Origin: an uncultured Pseudomonadota bacterium
GTDB lineage: Bacteria; Oederibacteriota; Muellerivitia; Muellerivitales; Muellerivitaceae
Direction of reading: 5' to 3'
Assembly (NCBI GenBank): GCA_963770835.1
Contig: CAVYRH010000008.1
Coordinates: 32,001-96,000, forward strand
Length of the DNA stretch: 64,000 nucleotides
Part shown: in pieces, positions 39,511-49,672 of the stretch
How positions within the stretch are numbered: position 1 is the stretch's first letter
Layout: every line of letters begins with the position of its first letter
Position numbers and translations under genes: made by a program
Notes under the pieces: generated by a model
Database searches by the model: none
Told to the model about the DNA's origin: nothing
Seen by the model: only the letters and a program-made list of their open reading frames with translations

Positions 39511-40025
39511 TGTTTTCCCCTTAATAAATTTTTGAAACGTCTCCGAGGTTCTTTTTCTCTTCCACCTGGTAGGTTGATTTAAAAAGTATGCGTAACCCCG
39601 ATATCCATTTCCGCCAAGGGCGTAAATGGAATTCAGTAAGGCTTCGTCTTTCCAAAAGGCTTGTGATGTTGAATTTCCAAAAAGCGGGACAAAAAGATTT
39701 CCTGACTAAATGCTGTTTGGAAAGTTGCGGGATTATTGAGGTTGAATGTTTCTTGGGAAAACATTCAAAGTTAATTTTCAGTTAAAGGGAAAACGAGATC
39801 GCGATCTACATTTTCGAAAACTCGATCAAGTTTTGGCGGGTGTCAAAAAGTTTTTTCAAAAAAACTGTAACAAAATTTATTTTCTTCACAATCAATTTAG
39901 AAGTTACGGTTTTGTAAAACAATTTAGAGTTAGGTCGCAAAGACGGGGTTTGCCCCTTCAGCCATAGTCTTTAACTGGGGCAAACCATGATTTATCCGCT
40001 TCTGAAAAACGCCCATGATTTTGTA

Positions 40026-41591
40026 TTATTTAATGTGAATGACTTTACCGCCATCCGTGCCGGTTTTCTCCGCAAACCGTAAATCCTTGGGTTCGGGCTT
40101 TTCGAAGGCCACCGGTGTGGCGGTGGGTGAAGACGCCGGTTGTGCCGCTTGCGTTTTCATTTTAGGTCCGGCCTTGGATGACCCCTTCACCATATCCGCT
40201 AGTTGTTGGGAAACAGTTCTGAGATTTTCAGCTTTCTGGGTGAGGCCCCTTCCCAATATCGCCGCCTTTTCGGCGACGGCGCTGTTCCGGAAAGCATCCC
40301 TTTCGGCTTGGTTGACGGTGCCGTGAATTTCCTGCAAGCCGCGCAGTTGGATATCCGCGCCTTCCTCCATCACCGACAAGAGCCCCTCGACCTTGCCGGC
40401 CTTTTCCCTGGCCAGGGAAACGGCCTTGGCCGTATCCTCGCTCAAACGAAGCCCGTCGGAGGCTTGCCGGGTGTTTTCCGTGACCATTTTGGAGGTTTCC
40501 CTCGCCACCTGGGCGCATCGCTGGGAGAGGTTGCGGATTTCCTCCACCACCAGCACGAATTCCTTGCCTTGTTCCCCGGCCCGCACCGCTTCCACGCCCG
40601 CGTTCAAGGCCAGGATGTTGGTTTGGAAGGCGATCTCCTCGATGGTTTTGACCACCTGGAAGACCTTTTCGGCGCTTTGACCCATGTTTTTGACCTGGTC
40701 CATCACCCGTTGGGCCGCTTCCCCGCTGACGGAAAGCGCGGATTTGGTTTCATCGATCAGGTTTCTCGCCCGCGCCGTTTCCTGGCTCTTATGCTGGGCC
40801 ATGGATACCATTTGCTCCGAGGCGCTCCCAGTTTTTTGGAGCTGGCTGGCCGATTCCGTCAGGCTCCCGTTGAGCTGGGACGTGGCAGCCGAAACCTGCC
40901 CCCCCAAGTCAGCCACTTCCCTCACCTCACTCTCCCATCCGAGGGCCGACAAGCCCAGTGGGCGAAGGGCCCCATTGGCCATCCAAACCCCCGCGGCCAA
41001 GCCCAGGAGAAGCAGGATCACCACCGCCGCCGCCATAAAATTGTAGCTGCCAGTAAAACCCTTCTCCGCTTGGTCCACCGCGTCCTGGCCGGCCTTTTCA
41101 TTCAAGTCCTCCAATTTGCGGATATTATCCGTGATGGGTGTAATGGAAGGGTACATCACACTGGTGGCTTGGATTTCCAACTGACGCGCGTCCTTGTTTC
41201 TTAAAGCCACCGTCAAATCCTCCATGAAATGCTTGTTCATCGTAATGCTGGTATCCACGATGGAGGCGAGGTACTTCTCATCCTTCGTCTTGTCCATGTC
41301 CATATAAGCTTTCCAATTTTCATCAGCCGATTTTTCAGCGTCCTCCACTATTTTAGTGCTGTCTTCCCACGCCCATCCCACTTCCACGCGGGCCCTTTGG
41401 ACCGCAGCGATGGTATCGAGACCGAAAGCATCCGAAACTTTTTTCAAGTGGTAAACAGCCAGCCCGCTGTCATAAACCTTGGCCTGGTTATCGAAGACCA
41501 ACCGGGAGGATTGAAGGCACAGGATTCCGATGGCCAGGGCCGTCAACCCCATGAGAATCACGCTGAGGAACAACCGGTTTTGTAGTTTCAT
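40026..41591 (-). CDS. Methyl-accepting chemotaxis protein with four-helix-bundle sensor
   Basis: Two TM helices flanking a periplasmic helical domain; IEEIAFQTNILALNAGVEAVRAGEQGK signalling tip. Confidence 0.9.
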   Translation of the reverse strand: MKLQNRLFLSVILMGLTALAIGILCLQSSRLVFDNQAKVYDSGLAVYHLKKVSDAFGLDTIAAVQRARVEVGWAWEDSTKIVEDAEKSADENWKAYMDMDKTKDEKYLASIVDTSITMNKHFMEDLTVALRNKDARQLEIQATSVMYPSITPITDNIRKLEDLNEKAGQDAVDQAEKGFTGSYNFMAAAVVILLLLGLAAGVWMANGALRPLGLSALGWESEVREVADLGGQVSAATSQLNGSLTESASQLQKTGSASEQMVSMAQHKSQETARARNLIDETKSALSVSGEAAQRVMDQVKNMGQSAEKVFQVVKTIEEIAFQTNILALNAGVEAVRAGEQGKEFVLVVEEIRNLSQRCAQVARETSKMVTENTRQASDGLRLSEDTAKAVSLAREKAGKVEGLLSVMEEGADIQLRGLQEIHGTVNQAERDAFRNSAVAEKAAILGRGLTQKAENLRTVSQQLADMVKGSSKAGPKMKTQAAQPASSPTATPVAFEKPEPKDLRFAEKTGTDGGKVIHIK

Positions 41592-41609
41592 TTTCCACTC
41601 CTTTTAAAT

Positions 41610-41695
41610 CAGTTCGCGGTTTACAGTTCACAGTTGGCGGCAAAACGCCTTGCCGTTAAACCTGCGGACTGCGAACTGTCGACTGCCAACTGCCG
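41610..41695. repeat. Inverted heptamer tandem repeat
   Basis: CAGTTCG/CGGTTTA/CAGTTCA/CAGTTGG, central hairpin, ACTGCGA/ACTGTCG/ACTGCCA/ACTGCCG. Confidence 0.65.
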
Positions 41696-41698
41696 TTA

Positions 41699-42178
41699 TC
41701 AGCTCGCCTTGTCCTTTAGGGCCAATTCCCTTTCCCCTGGAAATTCTGCTTTTAATATTTCCCTCACATTCAAAACATAAACCGGTTCGTCGTTGGAATC
41801 GAAAACAGCCCGGATAAATTTGGACGGCATTTCGGTGAAAGAAGCCGGCGCGGCCCGCAGGTTTCCCAAGGGGACATTGACCAAATCCATCACTTGATCC
41901 ACCCAGAGTGCCACCAATCGGTTGCGGTCCCCGCCAGGAGCCTGTATCGCGATGAAGGAATTAATTCCCTCCATCACCGCCGGAGAAAACCCGAGCCTTT
42001 GCCGCAAGTCCAGGACCCGGGCAACCTTCCCCCGGACCTGCAGGAAGGCTCCGGATTCGCCTTCCACCGAAAGGGGTTTCCATTCCGTCCCCGCCACTAT
42101 CTCCCGGATTTCCAGGGCGTCGATGGAACATGAGAATCCGTTGATCCGAAACACAATCCCGTTGAAATCTTTTTCCAT
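41699..42178 (-). CDS. cheW: CheW coupling protein (divergent)
   Basis: IREIV, VRGKVARVLDLRQRLG, LWVDQVMDLV, YVLNVREIL. Confidence 0.82.
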   Translation of the reverse strand: MEKDFNGIVFRINGFSCSIDALEIREIVAGTEWKPLSVEGESGAFLQVRGKVARVLDLRQRLGFSPAVMEGINSFIAIQAPGGDRNRLVALWVDQVMDLVNVPLGNLRAAPASFTEMPSKFIRAVFDSNDEPVYVLNVREILKAEFPGERELALKDKAS

Positions 42179-42234
42179 GGACCTTTCCTCCCAAAGAACG
42201 GCTTTTGATCAATTCTTACCGGCAGCCAATATTT

Positions 42235-44247
42235 TTACGCTTGAACGAATTGCCTCGTATCCAGCACCCAAACCACCTTGCCGTCTGGCAAAAGCGCCTC
42301 CTCGCGGACGCCCGCCTTTCCGGTATTTTCCGGGCCATTTTTGCGCACCAGCACTTGCTGTTTGCCGTGGACCTCGTCCACCCGCACGCGAAACCGGTTG
42401 GCACCGGATTCCACATAAACCGAAAACTTCGGACTGTCCTCGTCCTTGCTTTCACCCAACCACTGGCCCAGGTCCACCGTGGGCGCGGTTGTGTCCTCCG
42501 GGGTTTCCCTTTCCGCGCCCGGGGGGGCCGGATGGGTGATTTTGCGGACCTGGGACAGGGGCAGGAGGCAGTGTTTCCCCGCCGCCTCCACGACCCAGCC
42601 CTCGATCAAGGCTTGGCTGCGCGGGACTTTGAGGGTGAATTTGCAACCCTGGCCGGGCTTGCTCTGCACGCGGATGGAACCGTAAAGATCCTCTAACTGT
42701 GATTCCACCTGGTCCAGGCCCTGGCCACGGCCTTCCCCGGGGCCGCTCAGGGTGGTCAAGCCGGGCTTAAAAATCATTTCCATCACGCGGGTAGGGGAGG
42801 CCTTTTCATCCTCCAGGATTCCGAGCTCCCGCCCCCTCTGCCGCAGTTTTTCCAGGCTCAAACCCCGTCCATCATCCTCCAGCTCAAGGACAACAGCTCC
42901 CCCTTGCTGGGAGGCCTTGATTTTGATCATGCCCTCGGGCGGTTTCCCGGCCCGGATTCTTTCCCCCGGCGGCTCGATACCGTGGTCCACGGCGTTTTGG
43001 ATCAGTTGGGAAAGCGGGCCGGCCAGCCGCGGCAACAACAGCCTGTCCACTTCGATATCGGTGCTTTCCACCGACAGGTAGACCGTCTTGCCCGCCATTT
43101 GGGAAAAGCGCGCCAGTTCCCAGGACAGGCGCTCAAAGAGGGGCCGCAACGGAACCATGCGCAGGGAAAGAAGGGTGTCCCGCATTTGCCGGGTGATCTT
43201 GCCGATATGGGCCGCTTCGGCCGCGTTTTTCCCCTTCAGGTTTTGGGCCAGGGCCTCTTCCAGGAAGGAGGATTGGGAAAACATCAAATCACCCATCAAT
43301 TCCAGCAACAGGTTCATTTGGTCATCGCGCACCCCTTCCCCGCCGTCAAATAGCGGCGGAACGGGGGAAACGGGCGCTTGGGGTCCGGCTAACGGAACCG
43401 CTTCCGGTCCCGGCGCTGGAGGAGGGGAAGTTTTTAAACCGGGGCCGGCGCTTGATGGGGCCGGGAGCAGCCAAGCTTGCAATTCTTCCAGGACAGGGGT
43501 CGCATCCCATACCTCCACATATTCCTTTGGAAGCCCCCGGGCGATACGGTCCACCTGGGACCGGCAGGACCCCAGGGCCTTCAAAAAGACATCGAGATGG
43601 GGGGCTGCGGGTTCCGCCCCTCCCCTCAGGAATGGCTCCAAAACCATTTCCGTCGCCTGGCAAAGGCGTCGCATCTGAAGGAAGCCCAGGAAGCCCCACT
43701 GGCCCGTCAGCACGTGGAACAACTGGTAAACCTGCTGGAGGTCCGCCTTTTGCTTGGAGCTTAAGAGGAGAAGATTGGACTGAATACCCGAAAGGAAGGT
43801 GGGAGCTTCTTGGAGAAATAATTGAAAGAGCCCTTGGTCCTCCGGGCGGATATAAAGGCTTTCCTTGGCGCCCGCGGCCTCCTCCCGGGAGGCTTTCGGG
43901 GAAAGCGACAGTGGGGGCGCGTCCGTTTCCTTTTCCAGTTCCCCCTTTTGCTCTTTTTCCAGGAGGCGGTGGGCCTGCAACAAGGCCCGCAAAAGCTGCT
44001 CCATGGCCTTGGCGGCGGGGAGCCCCGATTTCAGTTCCTTCACTAAATCCTGGGCCTGTTGGTGAAAGGAGCCGCTCCATTCCCCGCAGGATTTGCGTGC
44101 CCGGGAGGTCCAGGCCTCGAAGGCACGGGCCAATTCCAGGGCCGAGTCCGGGTCCTTTACATTGGCTTGGACGGCCTTACGGCTGAGGCCATTCAAATCA
44201 CTCGAAAGTTGCCCGTAAGCTTGGGGTTGGAGGGTTTCCACCGGCAT
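42235..44247 (-). CDS. cheA: CheA-like histidine kinase (divergent)
   Basis: HPt LFHVLTG, LRMVPL, NAVDHGIE, EDDGRGL, IFKPGLTT, GRGQGLD, C-terminal CheW domain. Confidence 0.85.
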   Translation of the reverse strand: MPVETLQPQAYGQLSSDLNGLSRKAVQANVKDPDSALELARAFEAWTSRARKSCGEWSGSFHQQAQDLVKELKSGLPAAKAMEQLLRALLQAHRLLEKEQKGELEKETDAPPLSLSPKASREEAAGAKESLYIRPEDQGLFQLFLQEAPTFLSGIQSNLLLLSSKQKADLQQVYQLFHVLTGQWGFLGFLQMRRLCQATEMVLEPFLRGGAEPAAPHLDVFLKALGSCRSQVDRIARGLPKEYVEVWDATPVLEELQAWLLPAPSSAGPGLKTSPPPAPGPEAVPLAGPQAPVSPVPPLFDGGEGVRDDQMNLLLELMGDLMFSQSSFLEEALAQNLKGKNAAEAAHIGKITRQMRDTLLSLRMVPLRPLFERLSWELARFSQMAGKTVYLSVESTDIEVDRLLLPRLAGPLSQLIQNAVDHGIEPPGERIRAGKPPEGMIKIKASQQGGAVVLELEDDGRGLSLEKLRQRGRELGILEDEKASPTRVMEMIFKPGLTTLSGPGEGRGQGLDQVESQLEDLYGSIRVQSKPGQGCKFTLKVPRSQALIEGWVVEAAGKHCLLPLSQVRKITHPAPPGAERETPEDTTAPTVDLGQWLGESKDEDSPKFSVYVESGANRFRVRVDEVHGKQQVLVRKNGPENTGKAGVREEALLPDGKVVWVLDTRQFVQA

Positions 44248-44481
44248 TTTTGGCCTCCAGGGTTATTGGAAAAAGATCGTTTTTATCCGATCAACTTTTT
44301 TATTGAGGAAGAATCGTCGAAAGTTATTAGACTGCCGGACTTCGACGAAAGTTTTTCTTGGATGAAACAGGAATGTTAATTAAAGGGAAAGTTGGGAAAA
44401 GAAGATTGACAAAAACCAATCCCTTGGAAAATTTGTAGGATAACTGACCGAAAAATCGGTTTGACTGTTTCTCCCGAAAAT

Positions 44482-44507
44482 AAAAAAGCCCGGAAATTTC
44501 CGGGCTT
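44482..44507 (-). terminator. Terminator of pst-phoU operon
   Basis: AAGCCCGGAAATTTCCGGGC followed by T6 on minus strand. Confidence 0.75.
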
Positions 44508-44512
44508 CCACC

Positions 44513-44543
44513 ATTCAAAATTTAAAATTCATAATTCAAAATT
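44513..44543. repeat. Heptamer tandem repeat (ATTCAAA-like)
   Basis: ATTCAAA ATTTAAA ATTCATA ATTCAAA. Confidence 0.6.
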
Positions 44544-44549
44544 GCCGCA

Positions 44550-45206
44550 CTATCCGCGCCGGTGGCGAATGTCCTTTCCTTTCACCATGTAAATGACATC
44601 CTCGGCCACGTTGGTGGCGTGGTCCGCGATGCGTTCCAGGTAGCGGGAGACCAGGATAAGGTCCAGGGCCCGCTTGATATTGGCCCGGTCCTCCAGCATA
44701 TAGCTGATGAGCTCCCGGATGATTTGGTCGTTCAGGTTGTCCACCTCGTCGTCCCGCTCGCAGACCTTCTTGGCGGCGTCGGCGTCCCGGTTCACCAGCG
44801 AATCCAGCGAAACCTTCACCATTTCCTGGGCGATGGAGGCCATGTGGGGGATGTCGATGAAGGGCTTCAAGGGGGCCACTTCGTTAAGGTCAGGGCCCGC
44901 TCGGCGATATTGACGGCCAAGTCCCCCATGCGTTCCAGGTCCGAATTGATCTTCATGGCGCTGGTGATGAAGCGCATATCCCCCGCCATGGGCTGGTGCA
45001 GGGCCAAGAGCCGGTGGCAGATCTCGTCCACTTCGATTTCAAGATCATTGATGTCCCGGTCGCTTTGGATGACCTGCCGGGCCAGTTTCGAATCCCGGTC
45101 CACGAGGGATTTCATGGCCAGGCGGATGGCCTCCTCCACCTTGCTGCCCATCAGCAGGATTTTCTCCTTCAAGACCGGCTAATTCTTCGTCGAAAGATAT
45201 TTGCAT
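44550..45206 (-). CDS. phoU: Phosphate regulator PhoU (two apparent indels near 45172 and 44891)
   Basis: Three frame pieces join as MQISFDEELAGL-KEKILLMG...QPMAGDMR...DLERMGDLAVNIA-...DDEVD...LERIADHATNVAEDVIY. Confidence 0.92.
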
Positions 45207-45255
45207 GGTCTTCCCTTCCGTGGTTCCCATAACATTTCCCATTTTAGCCCGTTTT

Positions 45256-46134
45256 TCAGCCGAAACGGCCTGTGATGTAATCTTCCGTCAATTTATTTTC
45301 CGGATTGGTGAACATCTTCTCCGTGGCGTCGTACTCGATCAATTTGCCGTTCAGCATGAAGGCGGTCTTTTGCGAAACGCGGGCCGCCTGTTGCATGTTA
45401 TGGGTGACGATGATGATGGTGTAGTTCTGCCGCAACTCGTGGATCAATTCCTCGATCTTGGTCGTGGAAATGGGGTCCAGGGCCGAGCAGGGCTCGTCCA
45501 TCAAAAGCACTTCCAGCTCGATGGCCAGGGCGCGGGCGATGCAAAGCCTCTGTTGTTGGCCGCCCGAAAGGGCCCCTCCCGCCTTTTGCAGGGAATCCTT
45601 CACTTCCTCCCAAAGGGCCGCCTTTCGGAGGCTCTTTTCCACCACCTCTTCCAGTACCTTCTTGTCCCTCATGCCGTTCAACCGTAGGCCGACAGCCACG
45701 TTGTCAAAAATGGAAAGGGTGGGAAAGGGCGTGGGTTTTTGGAACACCATACCGACGCGCCGGCGGACCACTACCGGGTCCATGCGGGGGTCGAAAATGC
45801 TGCCATCTTCGAGGAAAATATCGCCCGCGAACTTGGAACCGGGGACCGTCTCGTGCATGCGGTTGAAACAGCGGATGAGGGTAGATTTGCCGCACCCCGA
45901 GGGGCCGATAATGGCCGTCACTTCCTTCTCATGGATGGTCATGTTCACGTCATAGAGGGCCTGCTTGGTGCCGAACCAGGCGCAGACGCCTTCGGCCTTC
46001 ATTTTTAAACGGGCCTCGCCCGGGGCGGTTTCCTGGTGTGCCACTTCGATTTTGCGGACCTCTCCCCTGGATTCCTGGTTTTCCACTTTTTTCGTTTCCT
46101 TTTTTTGGCCTTTTTCCTTTATTTCATCGATCAT
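45256..46134 (-). CDS. pstB: Phosphate ABC transporter ATPase PstB
   Basis: [54 protein letters not shown]. Confidence 0.96.
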   Translation of the reverse strand: MIDEIKEKGQKKETKKVENQESRGEVRKIEVAHQETAPGEARLKMKAEGVCAWFGTKQALYDVNMTIHEKEVTAIIGPSGCGKSTLIRCFNRMHETVPGSKFAGDIFLEDGSIFDPRMDPVVVRRRVGMVFQKPTPFPTLSIFDNVAVGLRLNGMRDKKVLEEVVEKSLRKAALWEEVKDSLQKAGGALSGGQQQRLCIARALAIELEVLLMDEPCSALDPISTTKIEELIHELRQNYTIIIVTHNMQQAARVSQKTAFMLNGKLIEYDATEKMFTNPENKLTEDYITGRFG

Positions 46135-46155
46135 GGGACCCATCCTCTGAACACC

Positions 46156-46252
46156 AATTTTTAATTCTGAATTCTTAATTTTCAATTGCGGAAACTTTGG
46201 CTTCGCCAAAGTTCACATCAATTCAAAATTCAACATTTAGAATTCAAAATTT
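46156..46252. repeat. Inverted heptamer tandem repeat inside pst operon
   Basis: Five AATTYTN-like units, hairpin AACTTTGGC-TTC-GCCAAAGTT, then four AATTCAA-like units. Confidence 0.65.
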
Positions 46253-46263
46253 CCTTTCTCTTT

Positions 46264-47118
46264 TTATCGAAGCAGGCTTCTCGGGTTCTTGAAAAACAGT
46301 TTGGCGCCCAAATTTACAGATAAAACCAGCATCAATAAAACCAGGGCCCCCGTCCAAGCCTGTCGGTGCCAATCGTCATATGGTGAAATCGCGTAAGTGA
46401 AAACTTGGACGGTCAAAGAAGCCGTTGGTTCAAAAATACTCTTTGACCAAAATGAGTTGCCAAAAGAAGTGAACAAAAGGGGCGCGGTTTCACCCGAAAC
46501 ACGGGCAATAGAGAGCAACACTCCCGTAAGGATTCCATTTTTAGCGGTCTTAATCACGATATTCAAGATGGTTTTCCATTGGGGAATCCCCAAGGCCCAG
46601 GAAGCTTCCCGAAGTGAATGAGGAACCATTTTCACGAGTTCCTCGGTGGTGCGGCACACGATCGGGATCATCATGAAACCCAAGGCCACGCCCCCCGCAA
46701 GGGCCGAGAAATGCCCCATCGTCTTGACCAAAAGGCCATAAGCAACGATGCCCGTCGCGATGGATGGCACCCCCGAAAGAACATCCGCCGTAAAACGGAC
46801 CAGCCAGGCGAATTGGCTCTTTTTCCCGTATTCGGACAGATATACCCCCGCGAATATCCCCACCGGCAGCCCCACGCAGCAGGAAATGAGAACGATGGTG
46901 ATCGTTCCCACCAAGGCGTTGGCCATTCCGCCCCCAACTACCCCTACCGGGGTGGGAAGGTGGATGAAAAAGCCCGGCCCCAATTCCTTGATCCCCTGTA
47001 TAAAAACGTACCAAAGTACGCTTACAAGCGGAATGACGGCCAAAAGGGCAGCTAATCCACAGAGGGTCACCATCAAACGGTCGATGAAAAACCGGCGGGT
47101 TTGGAAACCTAATTTCAT
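46264..47118 (-). CDS. pstA: Phosphate ABC transporter permease PstA
   Basis: GVYLSEY, LSGVPSI, REASWALG, ARVSGETAPLLFT. Confidence 0.95.
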   Translation of the reverse strand: MKLGFQTRRFFIDRLMVTLCGLAALLAVIPLVSVLWYVFIQGIKELGPGFFIHLPTPVGVVGGGMANALVGTITIVLISCCVGLPVGIFAGVYLSEYGKKSQFAWLVRFTADVLSGVPSIATGIVAYGLLVKTMGHFSALAGGVALGFMMIPIVCRTTEELVKMVPHSLREASWALGIPQWKTILNIVIKTAKNGILTGVLLSIARVSGETAPLLFTSFGNSFWSKSIFEPTASLTVQVFTYAISPYDDWHRQAWTGALVLLMLVLSVNLGAKLFFKNPRSLLR

Positions 47119-47123
47119 TAATT

Positions 47124-48245
47124 TTAACCTTTTGAGAATTTTCGGGTCGTCGCCCAAACAAGAAGATGGGCCGCGATATTCAGCACCAAAGTTATGGCCA
47201 TCAACAAAAGGCCGATTTCGGAGAGCGCCGCCAGGTAGACGTCCCCATTGGCCTCGGTGAATTCGTTGGCGATCACGCTGGCCATACTGTGGGCCCCCGC
47301 CAGGAGGTTGGCCGAAACCTGCGGGTTGTTGCCGATGACCATGGTGACCGCCATGGTTTCCCCCAAGGCGCGGCCAAGGGCCAGCATGATGGCCCCCACT
47401 ACGCCCGGCCTCGAAATCTGGAGGACCGACAGGTTCATCGTCTCCCAGCTCGTTGCGCCAAGGGCCCGGGCTGATTCGCGGTAACTGTTGGGAACCGCCT
47501 CGAAGACTTCCCGGCTGATGGCCGTGATCGTGGGCAGGATCATGATGGAAAGGATCACCCCCGCCGTGAAAAGGGAAAGGCCTGTTGTGGGACCCTGGAA
47601 AAAAGGCATCTTCAGCGTGCCCACATAGATACCAACGCACAAACCGATGAATACCGAAAGAAAGGTCCCAGGAAGTCCCTTGACAAACCTTCCCAACAAG
47701 GCGTTCGACAAGAAAATAACCGTTATGCCGGTTAATAACCCAACAAAGGTGCCCCCTGCTTTAATTAGGATGGGGTCCACATTCACCCGCATTAAGGGCG
47801 CCAAGACAAACATTCCCCACAGTCCATAGACCACGCTGGGAATGGCCGCTAAGGTCTCCACCAAAAAAGCCACCGGGTCGCGGAATTTTTGGGGGGCCAA
47901 CTCCGTCAAGAAAAGGGAAATCCCAAGTCCCAGGGGCGTGGCAATTAAAAGGGCCAAGAAGGAGGAGACGATTGTGCCGTAAATAAAAGGGACCGCGCCG
48001 AATACATTCTTGATGGGGTCCCAATCAGAAGTTACTAAAAAGGACCAGCCAAATGCCTTGATGGAAGCCTGGGAGGTCAGGTAAAGGCTCCCCGCCGTCA
48101 CGAACGCCAACAACAAAACCATGGATGCGAAGAAAATCGTCATCCCTTTAAAAAGCCTGTCCCCAAACCCATAAGAAAAAAAGGAGAGAGCCGGTCTCCC
48201 GGCTCCCTCGTTCCGAACCAAATTTTCCTCAGTCGCTAAGCTCAA
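47124..48245 (-). CDS. pstC: Phosphate ABC transporter permease PstC
   Basis: LAAIPSVVYGLWG, RALGAT, GRALGETMAVTMVIGN, IANEFTEA. Confidence 0.95.
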   Translation of the reverse strand: MSLATEENLVRNEGAGRPALSFFSYGFGDRLFKGMTIFFASMVLLLAFVTAGSLYLTSQASIKAFGWSFLVTSDWDPIKNVFGAVPFIYGTIVSSFLALLIATPLGLGISLFLTELAPQKFRDPVAFLVETLAAIPSVVYGLWGMFVLAPLMRVNVDPILIKAGGTFVGLLTGITVIFLSNALLGRFVKGLPGTFLSVFIGLCVGIYVGTLKMPFFQGPTTGLSLFTAGVILSIMILPTITAISREVFEAVPNSYRESARALGATSWETMNLSVLQISRPGVVGAIMLALGRALGETMAVTMVIGNNPQVSANLLAGAHSMASVIANEFTEANGDVYLAALSEIGLLLMAITLVLNIAAHLLVWATTRKFSKG

Positions 48246-48267
48246 AGATCACCTGCATCCTTCTGAA

Positions 48268-49299
48268 TTAGTACTTAATTTCGCTAACCTTCGCGCTGAT
48301 CTTTTCGATTAAGGAATCCGGCAAAGGCGCGTAGAAAAGGTCCTTGGCCATGGGTTCGCCGGTGGAATAAATCCACTTCAGCATGTCCACGATGGCCTTG
48401 CCCTTCACGGGGTCAGCGTAACTGGGCTGGACCAGGAGCCAGGTAAATCCGCTGATCGGATAAGCATTCTCACCGGAAGCGTTGGTGATCATGATCTTGA
48501 AATCAGCGGGCATCTTTCTCAAGGCTCCGGCGGCGGCTGCGGTCGTGGATTCAACCGAGGGATCCACGAAGTTACCGGCTTTGTTTTGCAATTTGGCGAA
48601 GGTCATGTTGTTCTGCATGGCATAAGCCAACTCCACATAACCGATGGTTCCGGGAATCTGCTTCACCAGACCCGCCACACCTTCGTTGCCCTTGCCGCCC
48701 ACGCCAACGGGCCACTTGACGGCCTTGCCCCAACCCGCGGCAGAGGCCCATTTCGCGCTGACCTTCGTCAAATAGTTGGTGAAGATATTGGTCGTTCCGC
48801 TTCCATCCGACCGATGGGCCACGGTAATGGCCAGGTCCGGAAAGGTCATGTCCGGATTCAAGGCTTTAATTTTGGGGTCATTCCAATTGGTGATATCACC
48901 CAAATAAATGCCGGCCAAGACTTCAGGCGACAGCTTCAAACCCGTAGCCACTCCTGGAACGTTGTACACAATCGGTTCAGAACCGATCACCGTCGGGAGA
49001 TGGATGACTTTCCCCCCGACCTTCGCGGTTTCGTCGTCGGTTAAGAAGGCATCCGAAGCGCCGAAGTCCACGGTCTTCGCGGTGAATTGCTGGACACCAC
49101 CGCCGGAACCGATGGACTGGTAGTTGACTTGCACCCCAGTCGATTTGTTGTACTCATAGAACCACTTGGAATAGACCGGGTAGGGGAAAGTAGCCCCGGC
49201 CCCGTTGAGGGCGACAGTACCGGCGGCATTCGCCAGTCCCGTTCCCGCGAAGGCGGCCGCCATAAGGGCGCCCGTCATGATTTTTTTCAGGCTGTTCAT
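48268..49299 (-). CDS. pstS: Phosphate-binding protein PstS
   Basis: GAGATFP, YQSIGSGGG, DFGASD, HRSDGSGTT, GGKGNEGV, YPISGFTW. Confidence 0.97.
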   Translation of the reverse strand: MNSLKKIMTGALMAAAFAGTGLANAAGTVALNGAGATFPYPVYSKWFYEYNKSTGVQVNYQSIGSGGGVQQFTAKTVDFGASDAFLTDDETAKVGGKVIHLPTVIGSEPIVYNVPGVATGLKLSPEVLAGIYLGDITNWNDPKIKALNPDMTFPDLAITVAHRSDGSGTTNIFTNYLTKVSAKWASAAGWGKAVKWPVGVGGKGNEGVAGLVKQIPGTIGYVELAYAMQNNMTFAKLQNKAGNFVDPSVESTTAAAAGALRKMPADFKIMITNASGENAYPISGFTWLLVQPSYADPVKGKAIVDMLKWIYSTGEPMAKDLFYAPLPDSLIEKISAKVSEIKY

Positions 49300-49353
49300 C
49301 TTGAAACTCCTCTTTAGGCTGATTGATTTTAAGCTTTTGCCAAAACTTCAAAT

Positions 49354-49369
49354 GTTACGGTTGCGTTAA
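49354..49369 (-). promoter_or_regulatory. Candidate Pho box upstream of pstS
   Basis: Minus strand TTAAC-GCAACC-GTAAC. Confidence 0.55.
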
Positions 49370-49455
49370 CTAACAGAGGTGCCAAAACTGCTTTTCAAAC
49401 CACTTTTCAGGTAATTTTCGGGGGTTTTAAACCGAAAGGTTTAAAACCTAACCTT

Positions 49456-49487
49456 AACTCAAAACTCAACACTCAGAACTCAAAACT
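49456..49487. repeat. Heptamer tandem repeat (AACTCAA-like)
   Basis: AACTCAA AACTCAA CACTCAG AACTCAA. Confidence 0.6.
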
Positions 49488-49672
49488 TTTCTTTCAGTTG
49501 AGAAGCGGAGGAAGGGGCCAACCCGGTTCCCTGACTACCGGGCGGCCCCCTAGGAAGGCCTCAACACATCATGAAACAATTCCTCCGAATTGTTTTATGA
49601 CTCGGCAGGATGCCAAACTTCAAAAGCTCCTTTAACAGCCTGCCTGAACCAAAACTCCACTGGAGTTTTGGT

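Noticed and set aside
39957..39986. c-di-GMP-I riboswitch (GGGCAAACC)
   Set aside because: The word is one arm of a simple inverted repeat after the MCP gene; the GAAA loop and second stem are missing.
44364..44390. Pho box upstream of cheA
   Set aside because: Only one good TTAAC; partners at 11 bp match poorly.
44550..45206. phoU inactivation giving a constitutive Pho regulon
   Set aside because: Two single-base indels with no other decay match the same error pattern.
47119..47640. N-terminal extension of pstA in the ORF track (also csp, pstB, merR and arsR extensions)
   Set aside because: Extensions overlap neighbouring genes or regulatory DNA; downstream starts fit RBS position and family length.
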